Shown here: positions 44,088 to 51,736 of the stretch, piece by piece | Numbering within the stretch: position 1 is the first letter of the stretch | Layout: the number at the start of each line of letters is the position of its first letter | NCBI GenBank assembly: GCA_016201505.1 | Contig: JACQCQ010000006.1 | Span: 1-62,290, forward strand | Origin: Candidatus Sungiibacteriota bacterium | Lineage (GTDB): Bacteria; Patescibacteriota; Minisyncoccia; Sungbacterales; JACQCQ01 | Length of the DNA: 62,290 nucleotides | Direction of reading: 5' to 3' | Notes under the pieces: model-generated | The model's database searches: none | The model's input: only the letters and a program-made list of their open reading frames with translations | Told to the model about the DNA's origin: nothing | Position numbers and translations under genes: made by a program

Positions 44088-44099
44088 GACTTAATTATA
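44088..44099 (-). promoter_or_regulatory. consensus -10 (TATAAT) 6 nt upstream of the operon's first ATG; probable leaderless transcript
   Basis: The minus strand reads TATAATtaagtcATGGCG. TATAAT corresponds to plus-strand 44094-44099, and the ATG is at 44087. Confidence 0.45.
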
Positions 44100-44338
44100 C
44101 CAGCATAAGGCTGGGATAATCTGTTAATAACTCTTCATTTTTAATAGTCTGTCTGTGGGAAGTCGTTAAAGCGGGGTTCTGGGCCTTAACCCAATGATGG
44201 AAATTGAGTAGTCTCCCCCTCATCTTTGTATAGGCGCCCAGATTGACCTCGCATTTTAGCTGTTGAGATGAGGTGTTACCTAAAACCCAGCCTGGAGGCA
44301 ACGGTAACTGGGTGAGGCAGACGCGGCATTAACTGTAT

Positions 44339-45175
44339 TTAATCCCCTTTTTCCAATTGCGAAACAATGGCTATCCAGTCAAGCAATGAAAGTGTTTCTG
44401 GTCGCCGATTCGGGTCAATGCCGACGTCGCGCAATAGTTTTTCTAATTTTTGTTTAGAAGAAAATTGTGCCAGTCCGTTTAGAATAGTTTTTCGCTTAGT
44501 CTGGAAAGCTCTGCGCGCAATTTCAAAGAACTTTTTCTCCGGTATATGGTGGTGGGTAAAAAAATTCTTTGAGATCGCAGAAATTGAAATAAGGGCAGAG
44601 TCAATCAGGGGTGGTGGCCAAAATGATTCCCGCGAAACGGAAAATAATTTTTTGGGTCGGCCGTAAGCCTGGACCGAAAGCGCCAGGAGATTCATCTGCG
44701 GCGGGCGCGCCATCATGCGCTCGGCCACTTCCTTTTGGACCATCAATATAATTTCTTGTGGCGGCGAAACTTCGGCCAGCAATTTTCGGATAAGCCGCGA
44801 AGTTAAATAATACGGGATGTTGGCGATGACGCGGTATTCGCGGATGTCGCGGAAGAATTTTTCGGCGAGCCGCAAGATATCGTCTCTCACCAGTTCAATA
44901 TTTTTTACTCCGCGTTGCCTGATTTCTTTTTCTAAAACTTCAAACATTTGTCTGTCCTTTTCAACCGCCATGACGCGTTTTGCGCGTTTGGCTAAATCAA
45001 AGGTGAGTATCCCCAGTCCGGGGCCAATCTCGAGAATAGTCTCGCTTGGTTTTACATCGGCCTGTGCCACAATTTTTTTTAAGACGTTTTGGTCAATTAA
45101 AAAATGCTGGCCCAGCAATTTGTTGGGACGCAGTCCGGCCGCGATCAGCCTCGACTTAATTTCAGAAGTTGTCAT
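44339..45175 (-). CDS. rsmA: 16S rRNA (adenine1518/1519-N6)-dimethyltransferase
   Basis: PNKLLGQHFLIDQNVLKKIV, SAM motif ILEIGPGLGILT, and NIPYYLTS. Confidence 0.93.
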   Translation of the reverse strand: MTTSEIKSRLIAAGLRPNKLLGQHFLIDQNVLKKIVAQADVKPSETILEIGPGLGILTFDLAKRAKRVMAVEKDRQMFEVLEKEIRQRGVKNIELVRDDILRLAEKFFRDIREYRVIANIPYYLTSRLIRKLLAEVSPPQEIILMVQKEVAERMMARPPQMNLLALSVQAYGRPKKLFSVSRESFWPPPLIDSALISISAISKNFFTHHHIPEKKFFEIARRAFQTKRKTILNGLAQFSSKQKLEKLLRDVGIDPNRRPETLSLLDWIAIVSQLEKGD

Positions 45176-47138
45176 ATTCGTTTTCTAAATATTCATCATC
45201 AAGATCATTATAATTTCCGGACATCGCAATGGCCGTCTCGGGCAGTTCACGCAAAAATCGCGAGGGAGGGTTGGCTTGCAACGCGCCAAACAGCATGCGG
45301 CGGCGGGCCCATAAAATATAGAGTTTTTCTTTGGCGCGGGTGATGCCCACATAGCAAAGCCGCCGCTCTTCCTCAAGCTCTCGCGGGTCAAGCATGGCTC
45401 TACCATGCGGGAAAATCCCCTCCTCCACCCCGATAATAAAAACCACGCGAAACTCAAGACCCTTGGCGGCGTGGAGTGTCAGGCAGTGCACCGCATGAGT
45501 ACCCCGATCGATGGCATCGGTCTCCTGAATTAAGGCGATATCCTCAAGCAGTTTTTGGTAGGCTTCTTCCGGCGGAAATTGATCATAACGCGCGGCGAGC
45601 GAAATAAATTCTTTGACGTTCTCCCAACGTTCCTCGGCGTTTCGCGATTCGTCTTCGAGATAGACCTCGTATTTTATTTTTTGAACCAGATGCAAAATAA
45701 ATTTGGAAGGCGTCAGGCTGGCCATCTCTTTTTTCAGTTCCTGCGTGAGCGACTCAAATTTTTGGTAGACTTCTTTTTCTTTAGGTGTCAGGGCATCTAT
45801 ATCGGATGCTAAAATTTTAAGCATCAGAATTTTGCCGATGCCGCGCGGCGGCGTATTCGCTATACGTTTTAGCGAGACCGTGTCCGCGGGGTTTTGCAGC
45901 ACGCGCAAGTAGCCAATGATATCTTTTACCTCGCGCCGCAGGTAGAATTTTGTTCCGCCGACGATGCGGTAAGGAATGTCGGCGCGCAAAAACATTTCTT
46001 CTACCACACGCGATTGGGCGTTGGTGCGATAGAGCACGGCAAAATCTTCATACTGATGTCCTTTGGTTCTTAACTCCGCAATTTTTTCCGCGATGAAGGC
46101 GGCTTCTTGGCGTTCATCCGACAGCGGGACGAGAACTATTTTTTCACCTGCGGGGTTTTCGGTCCATAATTTTTTTTCTTTTTGCAGGCTGTTTTGCGAA
46201 ATAATGCCGTGCGCCGCGTCGAGGATGGTTTGGGTTGAGCGGTAATTTTGATCGAGCACGATCACTTTCGCATCGGGCCAGTCTTTTTCGAATGAGAGAA
46301 TATTGGTGAAGTCCGCGCCGCGCCAAGAGTAAATCGATTGGGCATCATCGCCGATGGCAAAAATATTCCGATATTTAGCGGCCAGGAGTTTGATTAAAAT
46401 GTATTGCGCGTGATTTGTATCCTGATACTCGTCGATGTGAATGAATGGGTATTGGTCTTGATACTCTTCGAGCGTCTTGGGATCATTTTGAAAAAGTAAA
46501 ACCAGTTGCATTAAGAGATCATCAAAATCCATGCCGTTTGAAGATTTCAGTCGGGCTTGATATTCGCGATAAACGCGGGCGATTGTTTTGGCAAATGGGC
46601 CCGGTTCAATTTCATACCCCTCCGGCCCAATCAGCTGGTTCTTTAATGATGAAATGATGTTTTGAACCGTGCCGGCTGGGTATTGCTTGGTTGAAATATC
46701 AAGCGAGCTCATAACATCTTTAATCAGTGAGAGCGAATCATCCTCGTCAAATACTGAAAACCGCGCGAAAAAGCCTATCTTTTTCGCCTCCTGGCGTAAA
46801 ATTCTTAGGGCAAAGGAGTGAAATGTGCCGATGAATGGGAATTGGGTGATGGGCAATGGGGAATAGTCATTCGGTAGCGGAGCCCTATGGCCTATTTCCT
46901 TCTTCCCATTCCCTAGCAGCTGCTTAATTCGGCCCCGCATCTCATCGGCCGCCCTATTGGTGAAAGTAACAGCCAAAATATGCTGGGGTGAGACGCCTTT
47001 TTCAATCTGGTAGGCCACCCGGTGGGTCAGCGCCTTCGTTTTGCCTGATCCGGCGCCAGCAATGATTAAAACCGGCCCGTCGGGGGCGAGAACGGCTGCT
47101 TTTTGGCGCTCATTTAAGCCCTCAAGAATATGGTTCAC
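45162..47138 (-). CDS. pcrA: UvrD/PcrA-family ATP-dependent DNA helicase with a repeat-encoded insertion between motifs Ia and Ib
   Basis: GAGSGKTKALTHR (motif I), AVTFTNRAADEM (Ia), GTFHSFALRIL, DEYQDTN (II), YRSTQTIL, TLHAAKGLEF and VGITRAKEKL. Confidence 0.92.
   Translation of the reverse strand: MNHILEGLNERQKAAVLAPDGPVLIIAGAGSGKTKALTHRVAYQIEKGVSPQHILAVTFTNRAADEMRGRIKQLLGNGKKEIGHRAPLPNDYSPLPITQFPFIGTFHSFALRILRQEAKKIGFFARFSVFDEDDSLSLIKDVMSSLDISTKQYPAGTVQNIISSLKNQLIGPEGYEIEPGPFAKTIARVYREYQARLKSSNGMDFDDLLMQLVLLFQNDPKTLEEYQDQYPFIHIDEYQDTNHAQYILIKLLAAKYRNIFAIGDDAQSIYSWRGADFTNILSFEKDWPDAKVIVLDQNYRSTQTILDAAHGIISQNSLQKEKKLWTENPAGEKIVLVPLSDERQEAAFIAEKIAELRTKGHQYEDFAVLYRTNAQSRVVEEMFLRADIPYRIVGGTKFYLRREVKDIIGYLRVLQNPADTVSLKRIANTPPRGIGKILMLKILASDIDALTPKEKEVYQKFESLTQELKKEMASLTPSKFILHLVQKIKYEVYLEDESRNAEERWENVKEFISLAARYDQFPPEEAYQKLLEDIALIQETDAIDRGTHAVHCLTLHAAKGLEFRVVFIIGVEEGIFPHGRAMLDPRELEEERRLCYVGITRAKEKLYILWARRRMLFGALQANPPSRFLRELPETAIAMSGNYNDLDDEYLENEYDNF
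46833..46911. repeat. GGGAAT-word palindromic element inserted in frame inside pcrA
   Basis: The terminal 9-nt arms GAATGGGAA (46833-46841) and TTCCCATTC (46903-46911) are perfectly complementary. It shares GGCAATGGGGAATAG (46852-46866) and GCCTATTTCC (46890-46899) exactly with the intergenic hairpin at 48680-48770. It encodes roughly ...GNGKKEIGHRAPLPNDYSPLPITQFPF... Confidence 0.65.
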
Positions 47139-47623
47139 CGGGTGCTATTTTACCCCGGATTAGCTTAATTAGAAAAGAAAAGCACCCCAGGGCCACCCAG
47201 AGCGCTCAAACGACCAGAGACTTCTCCGACCAGATATGAAATTGTAGCTAGTTCCCGAAAGAACCAAAAAATGAACAGATTTCGACGCAATCCTGCAGAG
47301 CTCGTTGGTTCGATGGACCGAAGGTCCGATAGGTTCTGCCAGACTATTGCTTCGCTCGTCTTCCATAGTACATCTATAGGACATTTAATCAATCCAGCTT
47401 TATCCACACCCGGACGAATGTCCTTTAGATTGTCCTTTAGGTTCCGAGTCGGATGATTTGTGGACGATTTTTGATTGTAGGCTGGCTCGCCGGCTGGTAC
47501 TATTGGTTCGTACCGCTTGATGACCAACTGGTACGCCTGAACTCACCGCGGTACGTCTATGGAAAATGAAAACTGGCCCGGTTGTTCTCGTCTTTGCTCG
47601 CGAGCCAATCGGGAAATAACCAA

Positions 47624-48682
47624 ATGAAGTCACCGATTTTAAGACCAGCCTCGGCTGGGATTCTGCTTGTATTGATACTCATCGGCGCTTTAGCAGTTCG
47701 AGCGGACGCAGCGCAGGCCGGGTTTATCTCGGAGCTGATTAAGTTTTTTACCAATGCCGCCGCGACACCAGCCGGCAAAGCCGATTTTATTAATGAAACA
47801 AAGGCCGCTTCGAATGCGGCACCCGTGCTTTATGCCATCCCCAATCCCGAAGCCGCGAAAATGAATCTAAGTCAATTACCCGATCTTGCCTTCATCCAAA
47901 ATGACTCGCTGGTCGCACCGGCCAATCCACTCGGCAGTATTCAAGATCAAGACAACGCCGGCCGCATTTTTGTCTATACCGTGAAACCGGGCGATACCCC
48001 CTCTGCCATCGCCAAATCATTTAGCATCAGCGTCAATACGATCCTGGTCGCCAACAACCTAAAAAATGCCTCGTCTATTAAGATCGGTGACCAATTGGTT
48101 ATTCTGCCAATCTCGGGGGTGACCTATGTCGTAAAAAAAGGAGATACGATCGAGTCGATTGCAAAAAAATATAATCAGACGGCTTCAGACATTCTCTCAT
48201 ATAATAATTTACCCATTGGGGGGACGTTGGATCCCGGCATAGAACTGATTATTCCGGATGGCGAATTGAACGTTGAAAGCCTGCCAAGCCCCGGTGCATC
48301 AGAGCGTTTTGCATCGCTGCCGAATTTGAAAGGTTATTTCATCCGGCCGATTGGAGGCGGCATTAAAACCCAGGGTATTCATGGAAACAATGGCGTGGAT
48401 TTGGCAAACTCCTGCGGTACGCCTATCATGGCGGCGGCCGATGGCGTGGTGCTACTTGCCAGGATAAATGGCTATAACAGTGGATTCGGAGACTATATTG
48501 TTATTGACCACGCCAACGGAACGCAGACGGTCTATGCGCATATTGGGAAAAGTATGGTCACACCGGGTGAGAATGTGACAGCGGGCCAGATCATTGCGCT
48601 TATCGGCAATACCGGTAACACCAAAGGCTCAACCGGCTGTCACGTGCATTTTGAAATTCACGGCGCGCGGAATCCATTTTAG
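47624..48682 (+). CDS. LysM-domain M23-family peptidoglycan metalloendopeptidase
   Basis: Start taken at MKSPILRP (signal peptide). Two LysM repeats (YTVKPGDTPSAIAKSF, YVVKKGDTIESIAKKY). M23 motifs HGNNGVDLA, DHANGTQTVYAH and HVHFEIH. Confidence 0.9.
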   Translation: MKSPILRPASAGILLVLILIGALAVRADAAQAGFISELIKFFTNAAATPAGKADFINETKAASNAAPVLYAIPNPEAAKMNLSQLPDLAFIQNDSLVAPANPLGSIQDQDNAGRIFVYTVKPGDTPSAIAKSFSISVNTILVANNLKNASSIKIGDQLVILPISGVTYVVKKGDTIESIAKKYNQTASDILSYNNLPIGGTLDPGIELIIPDGELNVESLPSPGASERFASLPNLKGYFIRPIGGGIKTQGIHGNNGVDLANSCGTPIMAAADGVVLLARINGYNSGFGDYIVIDHANGTQTVYAHIGKSMVTPGENVTAGQIIALIGNTGNTKGSTGCHVHFEIHGARNPF

Positions 48683-48770
48683 GAAATAGGCAATGGGGAA
48701 TAGGGAATAGGGAATGGGAAACAAATCCAGCGATCACTTTTCTCCCTATTGCCTATTTCCTATTGCCTAT
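48680..48770. repeat. empty GGGAAT/AGGAAATAGG-word hairpin between the convergent M23 peptidase and comM genes (overlaps both stop codons)
   Basis: GGAAATAGGCAAT (48682-48694) is perfectly complementary to ATTGCCTATTTCC (48748-48760). The left arm continues as GGGGAATAGGGAATAGGGAATGGGAA. It probably acts as a bidirectional terminator. Confidence 0.75.
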
Positions 48771-50296
48771 ACTTCCCGCACGGGACGGTAACGGAGCGCC
48801 TCGAGGAGGTGGTCTTTTTTTATGCGGGCCTCGCGAGCTAAATCGGCAATGGTGCGGGCAATTTTTAAGACCCGATGGTAGGCGCGTGCCGATAAGTGGT
48901 ACGTATCAACGGCTTTGCGCATGACTTCTTTTCCCTCCTCATCAATGGCGGCGTGGAGTTTCACCTGCCGAATACCCATCTCCGCATTTTTTAGAATTTT
49001 ATCTTTGGTAAACCTTTGAACTTGAATCGCGCCCGCCCGCCGAATCCGCTCGCGAACATCGAGCGACGATTCACCCGGTGGTTGATTTTCTAATGTCTCA
49101 AACGGAAGATTAGGAACATGCACATGCAGGTCAATGCGGTCCATTAAGGGGCCGGAAACTTTTCGCTGGTATTTATGGATCTCGCCGGGCGAGCAGATGC
49201 AGTGGATTTTTGTGTTGCCCAAATTGCCGCAGGGGCAGGGGTTCATGGCAGCCACTAAAATGAAATCGGCCGGATACTGGACCGTTCCTTGCACGCGCGA
49301 GACGGTAACATGCCGCTCTTCCAATGGCTCGCGCAGGGCCTCTAACACGGGCCGCTGAAATTCCGGAAACTCATCCAGAAACAATACGCCGCGATGCGCC
49401 AAAGAGATTTCGCCCGGACGCGGAAAGGTACCGCCGCCGATAATTGAAGCGGCAGACGCGGTGTGGTGCGGCGAGCGAAAGGGTCGCGTATGCCGAACGC
49501 TGCTCGTTTTCGTAAGCCCGGCAGCAGAATAGATTTTCGTAATTTCGATGGCCTCATTGAGTGAAAGCGGCGGCAGAATCGAGGCCAGTGCTCGGGCGAG
49601 CATTGTTTTTCCCGTGCCCGGCGGACCAAAGAATAAAATATTATGCCCGCCGGCTGCTGCAATTTCGAGTGCGCGTTTCGCCGATTCCTGGCCGCTGATT
49701 TCAGATAGATCGGTTAGATTAGTATCCCAATCCTCCGCCGATTCTAAAAAGGGCTTTGGCTCGGCGGGAGCCATAAGCCTTCTCTTCTCCAGATGCTGCA
49801 GACATTCCTCGAGGGCAGAAACGCCGAAAATTTTTAGATCGCGGATGAGGCAGGCTTCAGCCGCATTTTCCTTGGGTAGGTAAAGTTCGTGAAAGCCGAG
49901 GTCTCTCGTCAAAAGCGCGATGGCGAGGGCCCCACGTACCGGTTGGATCTTCCCGTCAAGGCTTAATTCTCCGATGAATAATTTTTTCTCGGCATCGAAA
50001 GCTGCCTGTCCTGAAGCCAGTAAATAGCCGAGCGCGATGGGAAGATCAAAAGCCGGACCCTCTTTTTTTAAATCCGCCGGCGCTAAATTTACAATTACGC
50101 GCTGAGGTTTTTTGTGCGGCGCTAAAGCGCCAATATTTTTAATGGCTGCTGCAATTCGCTCTTTTGATTCCTGCACTTCTTTGTCGGCAAGTCCGACAAG
50201 CGAAAATAGGTAGAGGCCCGGTGTAATATCCACTTCGACGCGAATTAACTCCGCATCAAGTCCGGTGAGCAGCGCTGAATAAATTGTATGAGCCAC
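48767..50296 (-). CDS. comM: YifB/ComM-family Mg-chelatase-like AAA+ ATPase
   Basis: 509 aa. N-terminal Lon-protease-like domain, Walker A GPPGTGKTMLA, LFLDEFPEF, and a C-terminal ChlI-like domain. Confidence 0.92.
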   Translation of the reverse strand: MAHTIYSALLTGLDAELIRVEVDITPGLYLFSLVGLADKEVQESKERIAAAIKNIGALAPHKKPQRVIVNLAPADLKKEGPAFDLPIALGYLLASGQAAFDAEKKLFIGELSLDGKIQPVRGALAIALLTRDLGFHELYLPKENAAEACLIRDLKIFGVSALEECLQHLEKRRLMAPAEPKPFLESAEDWDTNLTDLSEISGQESAKRALEIAAAGGHNILFFGPPGTGKTMLARALASILPPLSLNEAIEITKIYSAAGLTKTSSVRHTRPFRSPHHTASAASIIGGGTFPRPGEISLAHRGVLFLDEFPEFQRPVLEALREPLEERHVTVSRVQGTVQYPADFILVAAMNPCPCGNLGNTKIHCICSPGEIHKYQRKVSGPLMDRIDLHVHVPNLPFETLENQPPGESSLDVRERIRRAGAIQVQRFTKDKILKNAEMGIRQVKLHAAIDEEGKEVMRKAVDTYHLSARAYHRVLKIARTIADLAREARIKKDHLLEALRYRPVREV

Positions 50297-50377
50297 AGTA
50301 AGAAATAAATTCTAAATCCTAAACTTTTATTTGGGATTTTTGGTTTAGCATTGGATTAGAAATTAGATATTAGAAAT

Positions 50378-50752
50378 TCAGTCGCCGGCGTGTTCCATAT
50401 CGAACCGAGCGGCGGGATTGGCGGCTAGGCGCTCTGCGGGAATAGAATTCGCGCAATTCTCACATATTCCATACCCGCCGTTTTCGATTTTCTCGAGCGC
50501 GCGATTTACTTCGCGGAGCCGGTCCTCCAGGGCATCTTCAGTCTCAAGCCGCGTACCAAATTCTTCCACCTCGTCGGCATTTTCATCAGCAATATTGTCG
50601 CCCTTCGTCCCCCTGTCGGTTAATTCGGGGTAGGTTACTCGCCAATTCTCGGGATTCTTGGGGTCGGGTTTGGCAATATTCTGGAGGCTTCGCTCGAGTC
50701 GTCCCTGCTCTTTTATCAGTGCCTCTTTCAATTGGGGTATGTCCGCTTTCAT
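50378..50752 (-). CDS. DksA/TraR-family zinc-finger protein
   Basis: Coiled-coil N-terminal part, then YGICENCANSIPAERLAANPAARF (C4-type finger region with one CxxC retained). Confidence 0.7.
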   Translation of the reverse strand: MKADIPQLKEALIKEQGRLERSLQNIAKPDPKNPENWRVTYPELTDRGTKGDNIADENADEVEEFGTRLETEDALEDRLREVNRALEKIENGGYGICENCANSIPAERLAANPAARFDMEHAGD

Positions 50753-50790
50753 AGTAACTTCATTATTTCATGCTGACTTTCTTGTCGCAA

Positions 50791-51726
50791 TCAGCTGGCT
50801 TGGTAGAGACGGCTGATGATAATCTCGAAACTTTCTTCTGAAGTTGTAATGATGATGTAATTTTTTGCCGGAAATAAGCCGTAGATCAGCTGAATATCGC
50901 CCCCGGCGTCAAGTGGCAAAATGCGGTAGTTGATGTTGCGGTAGGTTCGGTCTTGAAACGGCAGAATCGAGGTCGGCGGCTGGCCCGAGACAAAAAGTCC
51001 TGACCAATCGGCGGCCAAATGTCCTTCAGCCGAGAATAATGCTTGGAGGGCACGGCTGGCATCAGTTGTTTTGATAATGAGGCCAAGCTGGCTTTTACCT
51101 GTCACACTTCTAAACAAAATCGGCATAATGGGACCATCCAGCGCTGAAAGAAAGCCGAAAGGCGCATTGATATGGACTAATTTAAAAAAGTCTACTCCGG
51201 AAAGCGAGCCCATTGGGCTGCCATTCCTTTGGTCAATCAGTACGAGCCGCGTCAGAAAACCCGGAGGCGCATCCCCTAACGCCGCATCTTGAATCTTTGA
51301 GATCAAATTAAAATTAAAATCAGAGGTAACGGAAATCTCGGACGTCCGATCGATGGAGAAAAAAGGTAAAGACACAGGAGCCGAAGCCTCATGCCCCGTT
51401 GCAGCGATGATCTTTTGGTAGATGAGATAGCCGGCCAGCACCAAAATGCCGGCCATAATCAGGCTGATGAGACCGATGCCGATCCAACGCCCCCAGTTGA
51501 GGTTCGTTCTTTTTTTAGGATGGCGTTCGGACTCAACTTGCGAAGAAAGCATCTGGACAAGCGAGGGCTTGGTCTCTTTCAAAAACTGCGAAATATCAGA
51601 CTTCATCGTCCGAATGCCGGGGGTCACGTCTTTTAGTTTTTCTGCCGGGTTTTCACCCGCTTCGAAATGCGGAAAATCCTGTTCTGGCACAGATATAATT
51701 TTGCTTATAGATTGAGCAGACAACAA
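50791..51726 (-). CDS. hypothetical membrane-anchored protein (311 aa)
   Basis: ORF track. Single TM segment IGIGLISLIMAGILVLAGYLIY. No family recognised. Confidence 0.6.
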   Translation of the reverse strand: MLSAQSISKIISVPEQDFPHFEAGENPAEKLKDVTPGIRTMKSDISQFLKETKPSLVQMLSSQVESERHPKKRTNLNWGRWIGIGLISLIMAGILVLAGYLIYQKIIAATGHEASAPVSLPFFSIDRTSEISVTSDFNFNLISKIQDAALGDAPPGFLTRLVLIDQRNGSPMGSLSGVDFFKLVHINAPFGFLSALDGPIMPILFRSVTGKSQLGLIIKTTDASRALQALFSAEGHLAADWSGLFVSGQPPTSILPFQDRTYRNINYRILPLDAGGDIQLIYGLFPAKNYIIITTSEESFEIIISRLYQAS

Positions 51727-51736
51727 GCTTTAACGC

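Noticed and set aside
44095-44301. 68-aa minus-strand ORF upstream of the secretion operon
   Set aside because: It has no start-site signal, an odd composition, and lies upstream of the TATAAT that serves the operon. It is left as unassigned non-coding sequence.
47400-47408. Perfect DnaA box TTATCCACA far from dnaA
   Set aside because: It is a single isolated 9-mer. About 0.5 occurrences are expected by chance in 2 x 62 kb, and there is no cluster or AT-rich unwinding element.
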